In this document: positions 1 through 9,003 of the stretch, in pieces
Layout: every line of letters begins with the position of its first letter
How positions within the stretch are numbered: the first letter of the stretch is position 1
IMG/VR virus record: IMGVR_UViG_3300020045_003705
Span: 1-28,594 of that record
DNA: 28,594 nucleotides
Strand: one strand, 5' to 3'
Origin: a virus
Taxonomy: Duplodnaviria; Caudoviricetes
Translations under genes and position numbers: made by a program
The notes under the pieces: generated by a model
Database searches by the model: none
Told to the model about the DNA's origin: nothing
Seen by the model: the letters and a program-made list of their open reading frames with translations, nothing else

Positions 1-1
1 G

Positions 2-379
2 AAGGACTTTGAAATCGTGGACATGAGCTTTGACCGGGCCATGCAAGCCATCCCGCTGGTGCTCCGCGCTGAGAAGGTGCTGGGCTGGACGGGCGTCTCT
101 GTGCCCCAGACCTCGTTCCACCTGTCGCCACAGACTCGCGGGTTTGAGGAGCTTCTGGCCAAGGGGGAGCTTCTGTTTGACGCCAGCCCCGTGGCCGTGT
201 GGTGCTTCCTCAACGCCCGCCTGTTGCTGTCGAAGTACAACACCAATCAGCTGAAGGTCGTGAAGCCCGAGGACCAGAGCCAGCACATCGACCTCCTCGT
301 GTGCGCCATAATGAGCGTGTGGGCCGCGTCCCTGTCGAACTCACTCCCCGAGGAAGAGCAAGGCGGCCTGACGATCTGA
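2..379 (+). CDS. terL: Terminase large subunit, C-terminal end (5' truncated)
   Basis: Frame open from window edge; ends with HIDLLVCAIMS resembling the KIDGxVAxIMA tail of HK97-type TerL nuclease domains; directly precedes portal. Confidence 0.8.
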   Translation, partial: KDFEIVDMSFDRAMQAIPLVLRAEKVLGWTGVSVPQTSFHLSPQTRGFEELLAKGELLFDASPVAVWCFLNARLLLSKYNTNQLKVVKPEDQSQHIDLLVCAIMSVWAASLSNSLPEEEQGGLTI

Positions 380-382
380 CAT

Positions 383-393
383 CTGACTATATC
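383..393 (+). promoter_or_regulatory. CTGACTATATC motif copy 1, putative late promoter element
   Basis: Exact 11-mer, 6 nt before portal ATG; recurs at 5057, 7170, 9000. Confidence 0.7.
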
Positions 394-399
394 GAGGGC

Positions 400-1611
400 A
401 TGGGAATCCTCGACCGCCTCGGCTTCGGCCGCAGATCGCTACACCCCGGGCTGAACTTTCTGCAAAACTGGTTCGGCACCGTTGGCGAAGTCGCCGAGCG
501 CCGAGCCCTTGGTCAGCCCTCCGTCTGGTCAGCTGTGAACCTGGTTGTCGGGGATCTATCGTCCCTGGCCCTCAAGGTCTATGACCGCACCCCTGACGGC
601 GGCCGGTTGGCTGTCGGGCTCGAGGCTAAGGCGTGGCTCCCGTGGATGCTCCGCTTCCAGCCCAACCCCTACCAGACCGCCCCCGTGTTCCTTGGCGTCG
701 TCGCCTATGACTTGCTCATGAAGGGTAACGCCTTCGTGTTCAAGAGCGTCAACCAGGTCGGCGAAGTGGTCCAGCTTCACCGCATCCCGCCCGAGTCCGT
801 GCAAGTGAAGTGGGACGGCCGGAAGAAGTTCTACGAGTTCGACGGCACGGTGTTCACTGACATCGAAATCATCCACATCATCGGCCTAACGGTTGACGGC
901 TACAAGGGCCTCTCCCTCCTGGAGATCTGCAACCGGGCGCTGTCCGGGGCGGTGGCCTTGGACGACTTCTCGGGCGACTATTTCAAAAACGCCGCCGTAC
1001 CTGCTGGCCTGCTGACCACCGAGGACAAGACCGGGGTCGAGGGCCGCAAGCAAGCCCAAGCCGACTGGGAAGCCCGCTACGGCGGCGCTGGGAACCGCCA
1101 CAAGATCGCCGTGCTGGCCGGGGCGTGGAAATACCAGAACGTGTCCTCGAACGCGAAGGACGCCCAGCTGCTCCAGGCCAAGGGCTTCACAGTCTCCGAG
1201 GTTGCCCGCCTGTTCCGCGTCCCTCCCTACAAGCTCGGCGACACGACCAAGGTCAGCTACTCCAGCATCGAAGCCCAGCAGATTGAGTATTGGCAATCGT
1301 GTCTCAGGCCCCTGGCTGTCCGCATCGAAGCCGCCTTCAACGCGGGCCTCGTCTCGGTCGGGATGCAGGCCGTCCGCTACGTCGAGTTTGACTACACCAG
1401 CATCGTGAAGCCCGACAGCGTAGGGATGACAGAACTCCTGGACAAGCAAGTCAAGGCTGGACTGATCACCCTCAACGAGGCCCGCGCAAAGCTCAACTAT
1501 AACCGGGTCGAGGGTGGAGACATCATCCTCATCCCCCAGAACCAAGCCAAGCTCGATGGCGGGGACATCTCGCCCGTCAACCAACTCGCCGCCCCGGGAG
1601 GCCCCGCATGA
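400..1611 (+). CDS. HK97-family portal protein
   Basis: VWSAV, QPNPYQT, LLMKGNAF, IIHI..GYKGLS, VARLFRVPP, TLNEARAKLN motifs; ATG at 400 preferred over ORF start 199. Confidence 0.95.
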   Translation: MGILDRLGFGRRSLHPGLNFLQNWFGTVGEVAERRALGQPSVWSAVNLVVGDLSSLALKVYDRTPDGGRLAVGLEAKAWLPWMLRFQPNPYQTAPVFLGVVAYDLLMKGNAFVFKSVNQVGEVVQLHRIPPESVQVKWDGRKKFYEFDGTVFTDIEIIHIIGLTVDGYKGLSLLEICNRALSGAVALDDFSGDYFKNAAVPAGLLTTEDKTGVEGRKQAQADWEARYGGAGNRHKIAVLAGAWKYQNVSSNAKDAQLLQAKGFTVSEVARLFRVPPYKLGDTTKVSYSSIEAQQIEYWQSCLRPLAVRIEAAFNAGLVSVGMQAVRYVEFDYTSIVKPDSVGMTELLDKQVKAGLITLNEARAKLNYNRVEGGDIILIPQNQAKLDGGDISPVNQLAAPGGPA

Positions 1612-1856
1612 GCCAGAAGCGCGCAAAGCATGGCCGATCTGTGGCCTCCGGGTACTCCGGCGTGATCGCCGCCAAGTTCGACCGGATGGTTCCGGCAACA
1701 CCGCCCGCCAAGCTGTTCACGCGCCTTGTCTGGTTCCTGTTCCCGAAGAAGCGGCGCGAGGCCCTGCTAGCGTGGCGCGTTAAGCGGGACAAGGAGCGCG
1801 AGGCATACCTGGCGCTGGTCACCAAGAAGATTTCACACGCCGCGATGCGGACATAG
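1608..1856 (+). CDS. Small basic hypothetical protein (82 aa)
   Basis: ATGA overlap with portal stop; fills gap to protease. Confidence 0.6.
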   Translation: MSQKRAKHGRSVASGYSGVIAAKFDRMVPATPPAKLFTRLVWFLFPKKRREALLAWRVKRDKEREAYLALVTKKISHAAMRT

Positions 1857-1865
1857 GAGCGGACC

Positions 1866-2498
1866 ATGAAAACCGAAACCAGAAACTTCCAGATCCAGAA
1901 AGCCGAAACCCGCGAAGGCGTGGACGGGAAGGGAAAGACGCTCGTCGGATACGCCGCCGTGTTCAACTCCCGCTCTGAAGACCTTGGCGGCTTTACCGAG
2001 ATCATTGCCCCCGGCGCCTTCACTAAGACGCTGAGCGAGAACCGCAAGATCAAGGCCCTGGCTCATCACGAGTGGGATCAGGTACTTGGCGCTGTCTCGT
2101 CCAACACCCTGCGCCTGGGCACGGATGACACGGGCCTGAGCGTCGAGGTTGACCCGCCGAATACCAGCTACGCCAACGACCTGGTTGAGTCCATCACGCG
2201 CGGCGATATCGACGGCATGAGCTTCGCCTTCGAACCCATCATCGACGAGTGGGAATACGACCGCGAGAAGGACACCTTCACCCGCACTCTGAAAGAGGTT
2301 CGCCTGTTCGAAGTGTCCTTCGTGGCATATCCGGCCTACAGCGCCACAACCGCCGGAGTACGCGACCTGATGGGTGCCCGCGCGGGCGAACTATATCAGC
2401 AGCGAGACGCCGCGAAAAATCAGCCCCCCGCCACTCCGGCCGCACCCGCACCGGAGCCGACTGAGCGCCCGAGCCTCGCCCGTCATCGATTCATCTGA
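1866..2498 (+). CDS. HK97-family prohead protease
   Basis: GYAAVFNS, catalytic His (LAHH), GMSFAF Ser motif, LFEVSFVAYPAY; AGGAG RBS. Confidence 0.95.
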   Translation: MKTETRNFQIQKAETREGVDGKGKTLVGYAAVFNSRSEDLGGFTEIIAPGAFTKTLSENRKIKALAHHEWDQVLGAVSSNTLRLGTDDTGLSVEVDPPNTSYANDLVESITRGDIDGMSFAFEPIIDEWEYDREKDTFTRTLKEVRLFEVSFVAYPAYSATTAGVRDLMGARAGELYQQRDAAKNQPPATPAAPAPEPTERPSLARHRFI

Positions 2499-2509
2499 GG
2501 AGAAGAATC

Positions 2510-3619
2510 ATGAAGGTCACCGAACTGTTCACCGCCCAGAAAGAGCTCCGCGCCCTGGGCTCCGAAATCGCCAAGGTTGCCGAAACCGAAAAGCGCGGCC
2601 TCAACGCCATGGAAGAGAAACGCCTGTCGGACATTGAGTCCCAGGTCAAAAGCCTCGACACCCAGATCGACGCCGAACTGCGAGCGCCGATGAACACGCC
2701 CAACATCCCCGAGAACCGGGCCACCCCCAAGCTCGAGAAGCTGACCCTGCGGTCGGTCATCGAAGCCATGACCCTGTCCAACCCCGAGCTTCGCGCCATG
2801 GCCTCCGGAGGCGCTGGCACCCCGAAGATGATTGAGGAGATCCTCGACATCGTCGCCGAGTCCAACCCGATGCGCGGCCTGGCCAGCGTCTACACCCTCC
2901 CCGGTGACGGCGCTGTCCCCGTGCCCGGAACTGCTACTGTCGCGTGGGCCGCTGAAGGTGCGACCATCACCCCCGCCGACGTGACCGTGACCCCCGTCCA
3001 GCTGAGCGCGTTCACCCTGCACGGTGGCATCACCGTCAACGACGCGACCATGATGGACGACTTCTACAACGTGTCCAAGCTCCTGAGCCAGGCCGCTGGT
3101 GGCGCCATCGGTGAAGCCGAAGCCACCGCCATGTTCGGCAACGGTGCGGGCGCGTCGAGTCCCCAGGGCTTGTTCAACGGCGGTACCATCGTGCAGACCA
3201 CGACCACCGCGACCGTCGTCCTCGCCGACATCCTGAACTTCATGCAGTCGCTAGAAACGAAGTGGCGCAGGGGCCGCGAGAAGCTGATTCTCTCGCCTTC
3301 GGTCCTCGCCGCCATCATCAACCTCAAGGACGCGACCATGAAGCTCGAGGTCGACACCCGGGCCGGTACCATCCAGGGCGTCCCCTACGTGCTGACCTCG
3401 CTGGCTCCCGCCTACGCCACCACGACCCTGACCAAGCTCATGGCCTACGGTGACTTCAAGCGCGGTTACGCCATCGCCCAGCGCGCCAGCGACCAGGGAA
3501 CCATTCAGTCCAAGGTCGTGCCCTCGGCTGTCGCCTTCGCCAGCAATGTGCTCTTCATGGAGCGCATCGACGGCCGCATCGTGGACGGCGCTGCCTACAA
3601 GGTCTGGCAGGTCAAGTAA
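2510..3619 (+). CDS. Major capsid protein, HK97 fold with N-terminal coiled-coil delta domain
   Basis: Position after protease; WAAEG, FGNGAG..PQGL, YGDFKRGY, ERIDGR motifs; GAGGAG RBS. Confidence 0.92.
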   Translation: MKVTELFTAQKELRALGSEIAKVAETEKRGLNAMEEKRLSDIESQVKSLDTQIDAELRAPMNTPNIPENRATPKLEKLTLRSVIEAMTLSNPELRAMASGGAGTPKMIEEILDIVAESNPMRGLASVYTLPGDGAVPVPGTATVAWAAEGATITPADVTVTPVQLSAFTLHGGITVNDATMMDDFYNVSKLLSQAAGGAIGEAEATAMFGNGAGASSPQGLFNGGTIVQTTTTATVVLADILNFMQSLETKWRRGREKLILSPSVLAAIINLKDATMKLEVDTRAGTIQGVPYVLTSLAPAYATTTLTKLMAYGDFKRGYAIAQRASDQGTIQSKVVPSAVAFASNVLFMERIDGRIVDGAAYKVWQVK

Positions 3620-3625
3620 CAAAAT

Positions 3626-3697
3626 CCCGGCGGGTGACTCCTTCCCGCCGGGCCCCTCCTGGGACGTCTTGCCGGTGACTCGACCGGCTCCTTTTTT
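3626..3697 (+). terminator. Tandem hairpins after capsid gene; second followed by T-tract
   Basis: CCCGGCGGG/CCCGCCGGG (3626-3652) and GCCGGT/ACCGGC (3671-3688) then TCCTTTTTT. Confidence 0.6.
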
Positions 3698-3706
3698 GGG
3701 GGACCC

Positions 3707-4246
3707 ATGGGCCTGATCACCTGGGCAGAGTACTGCGCCTTTGATGGCCTGGACCCCGCCGAAACCACCGACAAGACCAGACTCCAGGGACTCATCGACG
3801 CCGCGTCTGCCGCCATCGAAAAGTACTGCGGCCGCAAATTCGCGCCGGGTTCCTACTCGAAGGCCGACCTGTGGCGCTCGCGGATTATCCTCGACGCGCT
3901 CCCGGCCACGTCGGTGCGGATCTACATCGACCCCCTCGGGCTGTTTGCCGCCGATACCGAATGGACAACCGGCTTCTGGGTCGACGGGCCTTCGGGCATC
4001 GTCATGTTCCAGAGCGGCCACGTGTGGACCGAAACCCCGTGCAAAGTGACTTGGACCGGGGGAATGACCTCGCTGCCTGACGACCTCAAGGAAGCCGTTT
4101 ACAAAACGGTGAAGTGGGACAAGGCGCGGATCTTCTCCCAGCAAGTCGGCATCAAATCTCAGGTCAGCGGCGACGTGACAACCACCTTCGACACGGCCAT
4201 CCCCTACGAGGTCCGGCAGACGCTCGACAACTACAGGCTCGCATGA
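3707..4246 (+). CDS. Head-tail connector/adaptor (HK97 gp6/SPP1 gp15-like, long form)
   Basis: LITWAE..D..LQGLIDAAS..IEKYCGRKF, LPDDLKEAV, IPYEVRQTLDNYR. Confidence 0.85.
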   Translation: MGLITWAEYCAFDGLDPAETTDKTRLQGLIDAASAAIEKYCGRKFAPGSYSKADLWRSRIILDALPATSVRIYIDPLGLFAADTEWTTGFWVDGPSGIVMFQSGHVWTETPCKVTWTGGMTSLPDDLKEAVYKTVKWDKARIFSQQVGIKSQVSGDVTTTFDTAIPYEVRQTLDNYRLA

Positions 4247-4689
4247 AGTTCGTCGTTAACAAGGTCAGCGACGAGGTGGCCCTGGACCTGAACCGCAAAC
4301 TGCTCATCAGCCCCGCTCTCGGCCCGTACATCGTCGCCCAGATCGCGGGCATGGCCAACATCAAGATCGGCGTTCCTGGGATCCTGTCGGGCGCAGTCCA
4401 GGGCTTCGGTGTGAGGACTGGTGCGACAAAGCGAGAAGGGCTGTCGGCCAAGTTCAAGAACCTCAAGACGGGGTTCTCGGCCAGCCTTCACACCCCGCTG
4501 TTCAACATCTTCACCACCGGCTCCAAGCGCGGCATCCCGAAGCTCCCGCTCTGGGAATCCTTCGACGCAGCCCTTCAGTCCTCGGGCCTCGCTGACCAGG
4601 TGATTGACCAGGCGCTCGACGACTTCGATAAGAACAAGCTCCCCGACCTGAACAAGTACCTACTGCTGGGAATCAGGAGACGCCGATGA
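4243..4689 (+). CDS. Putative neck/tail completion protein
   Basis: ATGA coupling at 4243; position; weak HK97 gp10-like features (RTG, GSKRGIP). Confidence 0.55.
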   Translation: MKFVVNKVSDEVALDLNRKLLISPALGPYIVAQIAGMANIKIGVPGILSGAVQGFGVRTGATKREGLSAKFKNLKTGFSASLHTPLFNIFTTGSKRGIPKLPLWESFDAALQSSGLADQVIDQALDDFDKNKLPDLNKYLLLGIRRRR

Positions 4690-5060
4690 CCCTTGCCGAA
4701 TCCCGCAAAGCCGTGAAGGCGTACCTCAAGGCCAACCTCTCGGCGGCTCTGCCGGCGGCCCTGACTAAGATTGACGACAAGCCTTTCGACCCGACGCTGA
4801 CGGGAAAGAACGAGTGCCTGATCCGGCTCAACGACAACACGTTCGACCAGTATCACGCCACCGTCTCGCTCGAGTTGTACCTGTGTGTCTGGAAGATGGA
4901 CGAGGATGACCTGATCGGGGCCGTACAGGAATTCTTCGACACGCACAAGACTCTCGGCGGTTCCGTGGTCCTCGCCGCGGCTGACAGCATCGACCTTTTC
5001 CATGATGCGACCCGCCCGACGTTCCTGTTCGCCCAAGTCTCCGTTGAACTGACCATCTGA
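4686..5060 (+). CDS. Putative tail terminator
   Basis: 124 aa, alpha/beta pattern, TLGGSV motif, position in neck module. Confidence 0.55.
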   Translation: MTLAESRKAVKAYLKANLSAALPAALTKIDDKPFDPTLTGKNECLIRLNDNTFDQYHATVSLELYLCVWKMDEDDLIGAVQEFFDTHKTLGGSVVLAAADSIDLFHDATRPTFLFAQVSVELTI

Positions 5061-5067
5061 CTATATC
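5057..5067 (+). promoter_or_regulatory. CTGACTATATC motif copy 2
   Basis: Exact 11-mer overlapping upstream TGA stop, 17 nt before ATG 5085. Confidence 0.7.
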
Positions 5068-5084
5068 AAAGGCGGGGGGCCTTC

Positions 5085-5447
5085 ATGGCTGGCATTGCCG
5101 ACTTTCAGATTGACCAGGGATCGACGTTCTCGCGCGTCATCACCCTCAAGACCTCCGCAGGCGTTCCCATCGACCTGACCGGCTACACCGCGCGCGGCAT
5201 GATCAAGGCCAGCGCCCAGGACGTCGCCGCCCTCCAGTCCTTCACCTGTACCGTCGATCCCGACGAAACCACGGGCCGCATCACCATCTCGCTGACCGAC
5301 GTCCAGACCTCGGCGCTTCCGGCTACCGGGGAGAAGTTCAGCGAGCTGGCCCGCTTCGTGTACGACATCGAGATTGTGGACTGGGAAGGCAAGGTAACCC
5401 GCATCCTCAACGGCTCCATCCTGCTGTCCCCGGAAGTGACCGATTGA
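5085..5447 (+). CDS. Virion accessory protein, BppU-N-like beta-sandwich
   Basis: IDQGSTF..PIDLTGYTAR..GRITISL..YDIEI..TRILNG pattern typical of this phage domain. Confidence 0.75.
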   Translation: MAGIADFQIDQGSTFSRVITLKTSAGVPIDLTGYTARGMIKASAQDVAALQSFTCTVDPDETTGRITISLTDVQTSALPATGEKFSELARFVYDIEIVDWEGKVTRILNGSILLSPEVTD

Positions 5448-5713
5448 GTGACATTGCCGTTGTCGAGGTCGAAGGGGCGCTGACTCTCACGCTCTCCGGC
5501 GCGGTCGAGATCGTCGCCGTGATTGAGGATCTGCACCCCGTCGAGGTTGTCTTTGTGGCCGAGCAGGGTTTGTCAGGTTCGGGTGGAACGGGCGGCGGCG
5601 GCAACCTCGTCGTCAGCGCGACCGACCCGGGACTGACTGAGCCGGGACTGTGGATTCAGACGGGCCTCGGTGACGGCTCTGACATGACCTTCTGGGTCGA
5701 GGACGGTACCTGA
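5444..5713 (+). CDS. Small acidic Gly-rich structural accessory protein
   Basis: Coupled to both neighbours; VSATDP..LWI motif seen in fibre proteins. Confidence 0.65.
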   Translation: MSDIAVVEVEGALTLTLSGAVEIVAVIEDLHPVEVVFVAEQGLSGSGGTGGGGNLVVSATDPGLTEPGLWIQTGLGDGSDMTFWVEDGT

Positions 5714-7026
5714 TGCTCCGAAACGCCTTCGCCAACCTTTCGACCGAGGCCAAGCAAGACCTGATCCTGACGGCGCTGGGAAATATCCTTACCGAACTCA
5801 ACGCCAAGCTTGAGTCTGGCGGAGCGGTAGCCCTGGACGCTGGCACACTCGCCGCCCTCGAGACGGTCACCACTGCCGTGTCCAACTTCCCGGGAGACTT
5901 CCCCGACGCCGCAACCATCGCCAAGGCCGAGGCCATCCGCGCTCTGCTGGCCGGGACCATCGCCGTCTCTGCCGCCTCGCTCCCGTTGCCCCCCGACGCG
6001 GCCACCGACTCCAAGCTCAATGACATCCTTCTCGCCCTCGTCACCTCTGCCGGCGGCATCTTCGCCGAAGACTCGGCGCACACTTCCGGCGACATGGGCC
6101 GCCTCGTGCTGGGTATCCGCTGGGACTCAGACACCCCGACAGCCAATGACGGCGACTACACGGCGCTGAAGCTCGACGAGGCGGGGCGGCTCAAGGTGGC
6201 GACCCAGCCCGCCAGCGTACCGGCGGTTACCGGGTCCATTACCGCCAACGGGCAGAACGTCGCCATTGAGTGCAAACGGTTCTCCAACCTCTCCATTTCC
6301 ATGGTCGCCACCACACTCGTCGGGCACAACGCAACCTTCGAAGCGTCCAACAACTCAACCAACGGGACCGACGGCAACTGGTACGGCGTCCAGGCTGTTC
6401 GCTCCAACGCGAACACGGTCGAGACGGCGACGGGAGTTCTTGCCGCCACCCCTGCATACATGTGGCACGCCAACGTCGGCGATTACGCATGGTTCCGCGT
6501 CCGCGCCACGGCTCACACCTCTGGCACTGCCGCGTACATCCTGCGGCCCGGAGCCTTCGCAACCGAGCCCGTTCCGTCGGCTCAGGTCACGGGTACCCAG
6601 CCCATCTCCGGGTCTGTCACCTCGACGCTGGCCGCCGCAGCCGTGCGGGCCGGGTTCATGGCCGCCGCTGGGATCTGGTGGGATGACTCTGCCGTAGCCC
6701 TGGCCGCCAACGCCACCTTTACGGGAACCTCCCGCGACCTCACCGTCACTGCGACCGCGACCGCCATGGCCAACGCCGCAACCTACGCCAAGGAGTTGAG
6801 GCTGTCGGCAGAGTCTGACCAGACGGGCACCCTTTGGCTCGAGGTCAGCCGCGACAACACGAACTGGAGACGGGTCAAGAGTGTGGCCACGGCGGCAGTT
6901 GCGGGGGGCGGGTTCTACGCCGAGATCATCCACCGGCCCAGCTGGCGGTATGCCCGGGTGGGATTCACCAACGCCGCGACCCTTCAGACCCGGTTCTCGA
7001 TTGGCTCGTTTGCCATGGCCAACTAG
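5713..7026 (+). CDS. Ala/Thr-rich fibre or decoration protein with two jelly-roll-like segments
   Basis: 437 aa; TGATG coupling; two repeats of EAS/EVS..DxxNW..WxYxRV; typical codon usage. Confidence 0.7.
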   Translation: MLRNAFANLSTEAKQDLILTALGNILTELNAKLESGGAVALDAGTLAALETVTTAVSNFPGDFPDAATIAKAEAIRALLAGTIAVSAASLPLPPDAATDSKLNDILLALVTSAGGIFAEDSAHTSGDMGRLVLGIRWDSDTPTANDGDYTALKLDEAGRLKVATQPASVPAVTGSITANGQNVAIECKRFSNLSISMVATTLVGHNATFEASNNSTNGTDGNWYGVQAVRSNANTVETATGVLAATPAYMWHANVGDYAWFRVRATAHTSGTAAYILRPGAFATEPVPSAQVTGTQPISGSVTSTLAAAAVRAGFMAAAGIWWDDSAVALAANATFTGTSRDLTVTATATAMANAATYAKELRLSAESDQTGTLWLEVSRDNTNWRRVKSVATAAVAGGGFYAEIIHRPSWRYARVGFTNAATLQTRFSIGSFAMAN

Positions 7027-7035
7027 GAGGACGCT

Positions 7036-7164
7036 TTGACGCTCGAACAGATTGACCAGAACATTGCCCACATCCAGGACGGTGACCAGTACTACCAGGT
7101 GCTCAACGCCGAGGGCACCGACTGGGACGAGGAAGCGACCCGGGCGCAGTACGAAGGGGCCTAG
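7036..7164 (+). CDS. Small acidic protein (42 aa, MTLEQIDQNIAH...), not in ORF track
   Basis: AGGAGG RBS then TTG 7036, TAG 7162-7164. Confidence 0.7.
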   Translation: MTLEQIDQNIAHIQDGDQYYQVLNAEGTDWDEEATRAQYEGA

Positions 7165-7169
7165 CCTAG

Positions 7170-7180
7170 CTGACTATATC
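7170..7180 (+). promoter_or_regulatory. CTGACTATATC motif copy 3
   Basis: Exact 11-mer, intergenic, 20 nt before tail tube ATG. Confidence 0.7.
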
Positions 7181-7200
7181 AGCGGTGGAGGCTCACCCCC

Positions 7201-8391
7201 ATGAGATTCACTGCCAGAGCAAATACCCTTTCCATCGGCAAGGAGAGCGCGTGGGGTACTCCCGTCGCCACGACCGCCCTTGTGCCCAACACCAAGCACA
7301 CCGCCGCCCTCGAGGAAGACTTCATTGAGTCGGCCACGCTCACCGGCAGCCGTGCGAACTACGGCTCAATCCTCGCGGGCAGATCCGGCAAACTGTCGGT
7401 CCCCTTCGAACTCAACATCGAAACCATCGGCTATTTTCTGAAGGGCTTGCTGGGCACCGAAGTGGTCAGCGGTGCCGGTCCCTACACCCACGTTTTCACC
7501 ATGACCAACGGCGTCCTTCCCTCGTGGACCTTCCTGTCGGGCCTCGGCGGCTACAGCATGAAGAACCTCGTCGGGGCCATGTGCAAGAGCCTGTCGCTCG
7601 AGATCGCGCAGAAGGCCATTGTCACCGGGGCCGCTGAGTACATCTTCAAAGACGAGTCCGACCAGGCCATTAACCTTGTCCCGGGCAACGTGGCCACCGG
7701 CACCGGCATCATTACCGCGACCAACACCTTCGTCGCCAATGACGTGATCCGCTTCAACCTTCAGTCCGACACTTCGACCCTTCCGACCGGACTGGCCGAG
7801 GGTGTGGACTACTACGTGAGCGCCCCGACCGGAGCCAACTTCAAGGTCGCCCTCACTTCTGGCGGCGTGGCCCTGGCAACCTTCGCCGTTGCCGGAACCG
7901 GAACCTTCGAAGTCGTGCGCATGGAAAAGAACGCCATGCCGACCAACCGGGTGCTGACCTTCAAGGACTCCAACGCCGCGACCGCCGTCAAGGTCAACGC
8001 CGCCAACTTCGGCGAACTGCTGAGCGCGTCCTTGAGCTTCGACAACAACCTGAGCGCCGACGACTACCGCCTCGGAAACGCTGGCGTCTTGTCGGGCATC
8101 TCGGCCGGCGGCTTCTCGGCCTCGGGCAAGATCGTCGTCAACATGAACGGCAACTCGAAAATCCTGCGGGACAAACTGCTGGCCAACGTGGCCGTCAGTC
8201 TCCAGCTGGAACTCTGGGAAGATGCCACCTACGGGGTCCGCATCCTGTTCCCCTCGGTGTACCTCAAGGGCGGCGAGATCTCCAACGATGACGGCGGCAT
8301 GACCCAGAGCTTCGACTTTACCGGAACCGGGTCGATCTCCGTCAGTCCGGTCACCATCACCCTGATCAACGCTCACGTGGCGGCGTACTAA
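7201..8391 (+). CDS. Tail tube protein with internal inserted beta domain
   Basis: IGKESAWGT, YTHVFT, LPSWT, SLSFDNNL motifs of phage tail tube family; precedes chaperone and tape measure. Confidence 0.85.
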   Translation: MRFTARANTLSIGKESAWGTPVATTALVPNTKHTAALEEDFIESATLTGSRANYGSILAGRSGKLSVPFELNIETIGYFLKGLLGTEVVSGAGPYTHVFTMTNGVLPSWTFLSGLGGYSMKNLVGAMCKSLSLEIAQKAIVTGAAEYIFKDESDQAINLVPGNVATGTGIITATNTFVANDVIRFNLQSDTSTLPTGLAEGVDYYVSAPTGANFKVALTSGGVALATFAVAGTGTFEVVRMEKNAMPTNRVLTFKDSNAATAVKVNAANFGELLSASLSFDNNLSADDYRLGNAGVLSGISAGGFSASGKIVVNMNGNSKILRDKLLANVAVSLQLELWEDATYGVRILFPSVYLKGGEISNDDGGMTQSFDFTGTGSISVSPVTITLINAHVAAY

Positions 8392-8392
8392 G

Positions 8393-8785
8393 TTGGAATA
8401 CTCCGACCTCGTCCTGAACCGCAAAGAAGTGAACATCCTGGGGGTCGCCGTGACCCTCAGGCTTCACTCTGTTGCCTTCCGCAACTACTCCCAGCTGTTG
8501 GCCCTCGAGGGTCGCCGCATCGAACAGGAGCCCGGCGAAGACGGCCAGACCATGACCCGCATCGTCGACGCCGGAACCATGGAACAGTACCGCAAGATCG
8601 TGCGGGCGACCGTGGCCGACGGTGTGGCGAAGTGGGCGCTCAAGACCTCAGACGGCACCGAGGTGGGCGTTTCAGATTCCGTGCTGCTGGACCTTGAGGA
8701 CAAGCACCCCGAGTTCCTTGCCGCCGTGTTCGACGCCATCGCCGAGTTCAACACGCCCCTGTCAGCCGCAAAAAAAAAGACTTGA
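8393..8785 (+). CDS. Tail assembly chaperone (G-like)
   Basis: Between tube and tape measure; ends in A9G slippery run. Confidence 0.75.
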   Translation: MEYSDLVLNRKEVNILGVAVTLRLHSVAFRNYSQLLALEGRRIEQEPGEDGQTMTRIVDAGTMEQYRKIVRATVADGVAKWALKTSDGTEVGVSDSVLLDLEDKHPEFLAAVFDAIAEFNTPLSAAKKKT

Positions 8786-9003
8786 AACTAGCCCTGACTC
8801 AGATTGAAGAGTCAGGGCAGTTCCTCCGTACCGAGGACCAGGGCCTTCTCGCCGCGCAGGCGTTCGTCGGCGGGTGGTTCGCTTTCTTCGGCTCCGAGGG
8901 TCTTAAGTACCTACCATTTCAAGGCACCTACCTCGACCAGCCCGCCGAGTTGATGGACTTCCTCGGCAAGCTCGGGTCAGCCATCGCCAAGACCCCGCGC
9001 TGA
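8770..9003 (+). CDS. Tail assembly chaperone -1 frameshift extension (GT-like)
   Basis: -1 frame is open from A AAA AAA AAG (8770-8779); LPFQGTYLDQP resembles LPxxGGxxDQP of such extensions. Confidence 0.8.
   Translation, partial: KKKDLKLALTQIEESGQFLRTEDQGLLAAQAFVGGWFAFFGSEGLKYLPFQGTYLDQPAELMDFLGKLGSAIAKTPR

Noticed and set aside
199-399. N-terminal extension of portal
   Set aside because: Overlaps terL in another frame; ATG 400 gives a normal portal
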